This document shows positions 62,646-64,000 of a stretch of 64,000 nt of DNA, piece by piece; positions within the stretch are counted from its first letter, which is position 1; the number at the start of each line of letters is the position of its first letter. The DNA is taken from contig OZ252220.1 in the NCBI GenBank assembly GCA_965249135.1, positions 448,001 to 512,000 on the forward strand, written 5' to 3'. The stretch comes from Alphaproteobacteria bacterium (GTDB taxonomy: Bacteria > Pseudomonadota > Alphaproteobacteria > GCA-2746255). Made by a program: the position numbers and the translations under genes. The notes under the pieces are model-generated. The model was not told where the DNA came from. It made no database searches and worked only from the letters and a program-made list of their open reading frames with translations.

Positions 62646-63727
62646 CTAGTGGATGGAATCTAACGCTTGATGCCCGCGTTTGACGGCGGAGATGATTTTG
62701 TCCGGGTCAGCGGTCCAGCGAAATGGCTTGGCTTCGTTGGCGTTATGCTCGGCGACGAAGCGGTTGATGGCGGCTTGAAGGTCAACGACGGAGTGGAAGA
62801 CGCCGCGTTTGAGCCGGCGCTTGGCGAGTTTTGCGAAGAAGCCTTCCACGGCGTTGAGCCAGGAACAGGAAGTCGGTGTGAAGTGAAAGGTCCAGCGCGG
62901 ATGACGGTCGAGCCAGCGTCGGACCTTGGGGTGCTTGTGGACGGCATAGTTGTCGAGAATGGCATGGATGACCGTACCGGCGGGCGTTCCGGCCTCGACC
63001 GTGTTGAGGAAGCGGATGAATTCTTGATGGCGATGACGCTGCATGTTGCGGCCGATGACCGTGCCGTCGAGGACGTTCAGGGCGGCGAACAGCGTGGTCG
63101 TGCCATGCCGCTTGTAATCGTGGGTCATCGTTCCGGCGCGGCCTTTCTTTAGCGGCAGGCCGGCTGCGTGCGATCGAGGGCCTGGATCTGGCTCTTTTCG
63201 TCGACACTGAGCACGATGGCATGGGCGGGCGGGTCGACATAGAGCCCGACAACGTCGCGCAGCTTGTCGGCGAAGTTGGCGTCTTTGGAGAGCTTGAACT
63301 GACGCACCCGATGAGGCTGGGGCCCGTGGGCACGCCAAATGCGTTGCACAGAAGAGACGGAAACGCCGAGCTTCCCGGCTATCATGGCGGCCGTCCAGTG
63401 GGTCGCCTCGGCGGGCGGATCGGTCAGGGTCAGATCGACGATGTGCAAGGCGACACCGGGTTCGAGCGGCGGAATGCGCGAAGGCCGGGTCTTGTCCCGC
63501 AGCAGGCCATCGACGCCCTCGGCCATGAACCGTTCCTGCCACCGCCAGACGCAAGGCTTCGACTTCCCGGTCCGGCGCATGATCTCGACCGTCCCCGCGC
63601 CGTCAGCCGTGGCCAAAATGATCCCGGCCCGCCAGACATGCTTCTGCGGGCTGTTCCTGTCCGCCACGACCGCTTCCAGACGAGCACGGTCGGCGACGCA
63701 AACCTCGAAGGTAATCCCTGTGCGCAT
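62646..63727 (-). pseudogene. IS630 transposase split by the same 1-nt frameshift
   Basis: Translation identical to copy 1; break at ~63160. Confidence 0.88.
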
Positions 63728-63786
63728 GCCCGCAGACTCGCACATACACTCCGACAAGGGAATCGTCCGTTAGAGTTTATCCACTA
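62647..63786 (-). mobile_element. IS630-family insertion sequence, copy 2
   Basis: Same IRs, CTAG junctions and ORF set as copy 1. Confidence 0.93.
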
Positions 63787-64000
63787 GTTGCCGGCAATCC
63801 CTTTTTTGCCAAGCCGTCTTCGCACCACCGCACTCACCGGCACCAGCGCAAAGCCTTTTTCGGTAAGGGTCGGCAGCCATTCCCGAAGGGCTGCCATCGT
63901 CACATCGTGGGGATGGCCGATGGCGATCGCGGATCCTTCCGCGCGTGCAACCGCCTCCAGCTTCACCAAACGCTCATTTACATTCTCTGCCGAACGCGAA
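63784..64000 (-). CDS. Divergent polysaccharide deacetylase family protein (3' end, partial)
   Basis: AIAIGHPHDVT..L.EWL..L..KGFALVPVS; frame open to the window edge. Confidence 0.85.
   Translation of the reverse strand, partial: SRSAENVNERLVKLEAVARAEGSAIAIGHPHDVTMAALREWLPTLTEKGFALVPVSAVVRRRLGKKGIAGN

Larger units (their letters stand above)
59416..63786. mobile_element. Composite transposon: two direct IS630 copies around ~2.1 kb of cargo
   Basis: Copies are offset by 3231 bp and give identical ORF translations; the outer flanks rejoin into one CTAG. Confidence 0.85.

Overview
GC-rich alphaproteobacterial chromosome; gene order suggests a Rhodospirillales-like lineage (inference). Most of the window is intact core genome: recG/sdhE/mfd, mltB-rlpA-dac-tmk-holB-metG-tatD-MBL-mazG, ntrBC-trkA-dat-HAD-hfq-hflX, ispDF-pgpA-cinA, pdhABC-lpdA-lipA, ftsB-eno-kdsA-pyrG-secG-tpiA and ppiD-trpE. 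There are three accessory zones. (1) 1-8.2 kb holds small hypothetical genes, two apparent pseudo-enzymes, an SDR-MDR-symporter operon and a 15-bp VNTR. (2) 16.0-24.6 kb, beside tRNA-Ser(TGA), holds an amber-interrupted secreted protein bracketed by C9/G6 tracts, three tandem paralogues of an uncharacterised DHSWG-motif family, and two convergent repeat-protein genes each frameshifted in a homopolymer. (3) 59.4-63.8 kb is a composite transposon of two apparently identical, frameshifted IS630 copies. It inserted into a CTAG that supplies the stop codons of both convergent neighbours. Other oddities: hflX has no canonical start for its conserved N-terminus, dusB and ntrYX are absent from the ntrBC operon, and a G4-like 12-bp VNTR precedes mazG. 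All family calls are by motif recognition; no database searches were run.
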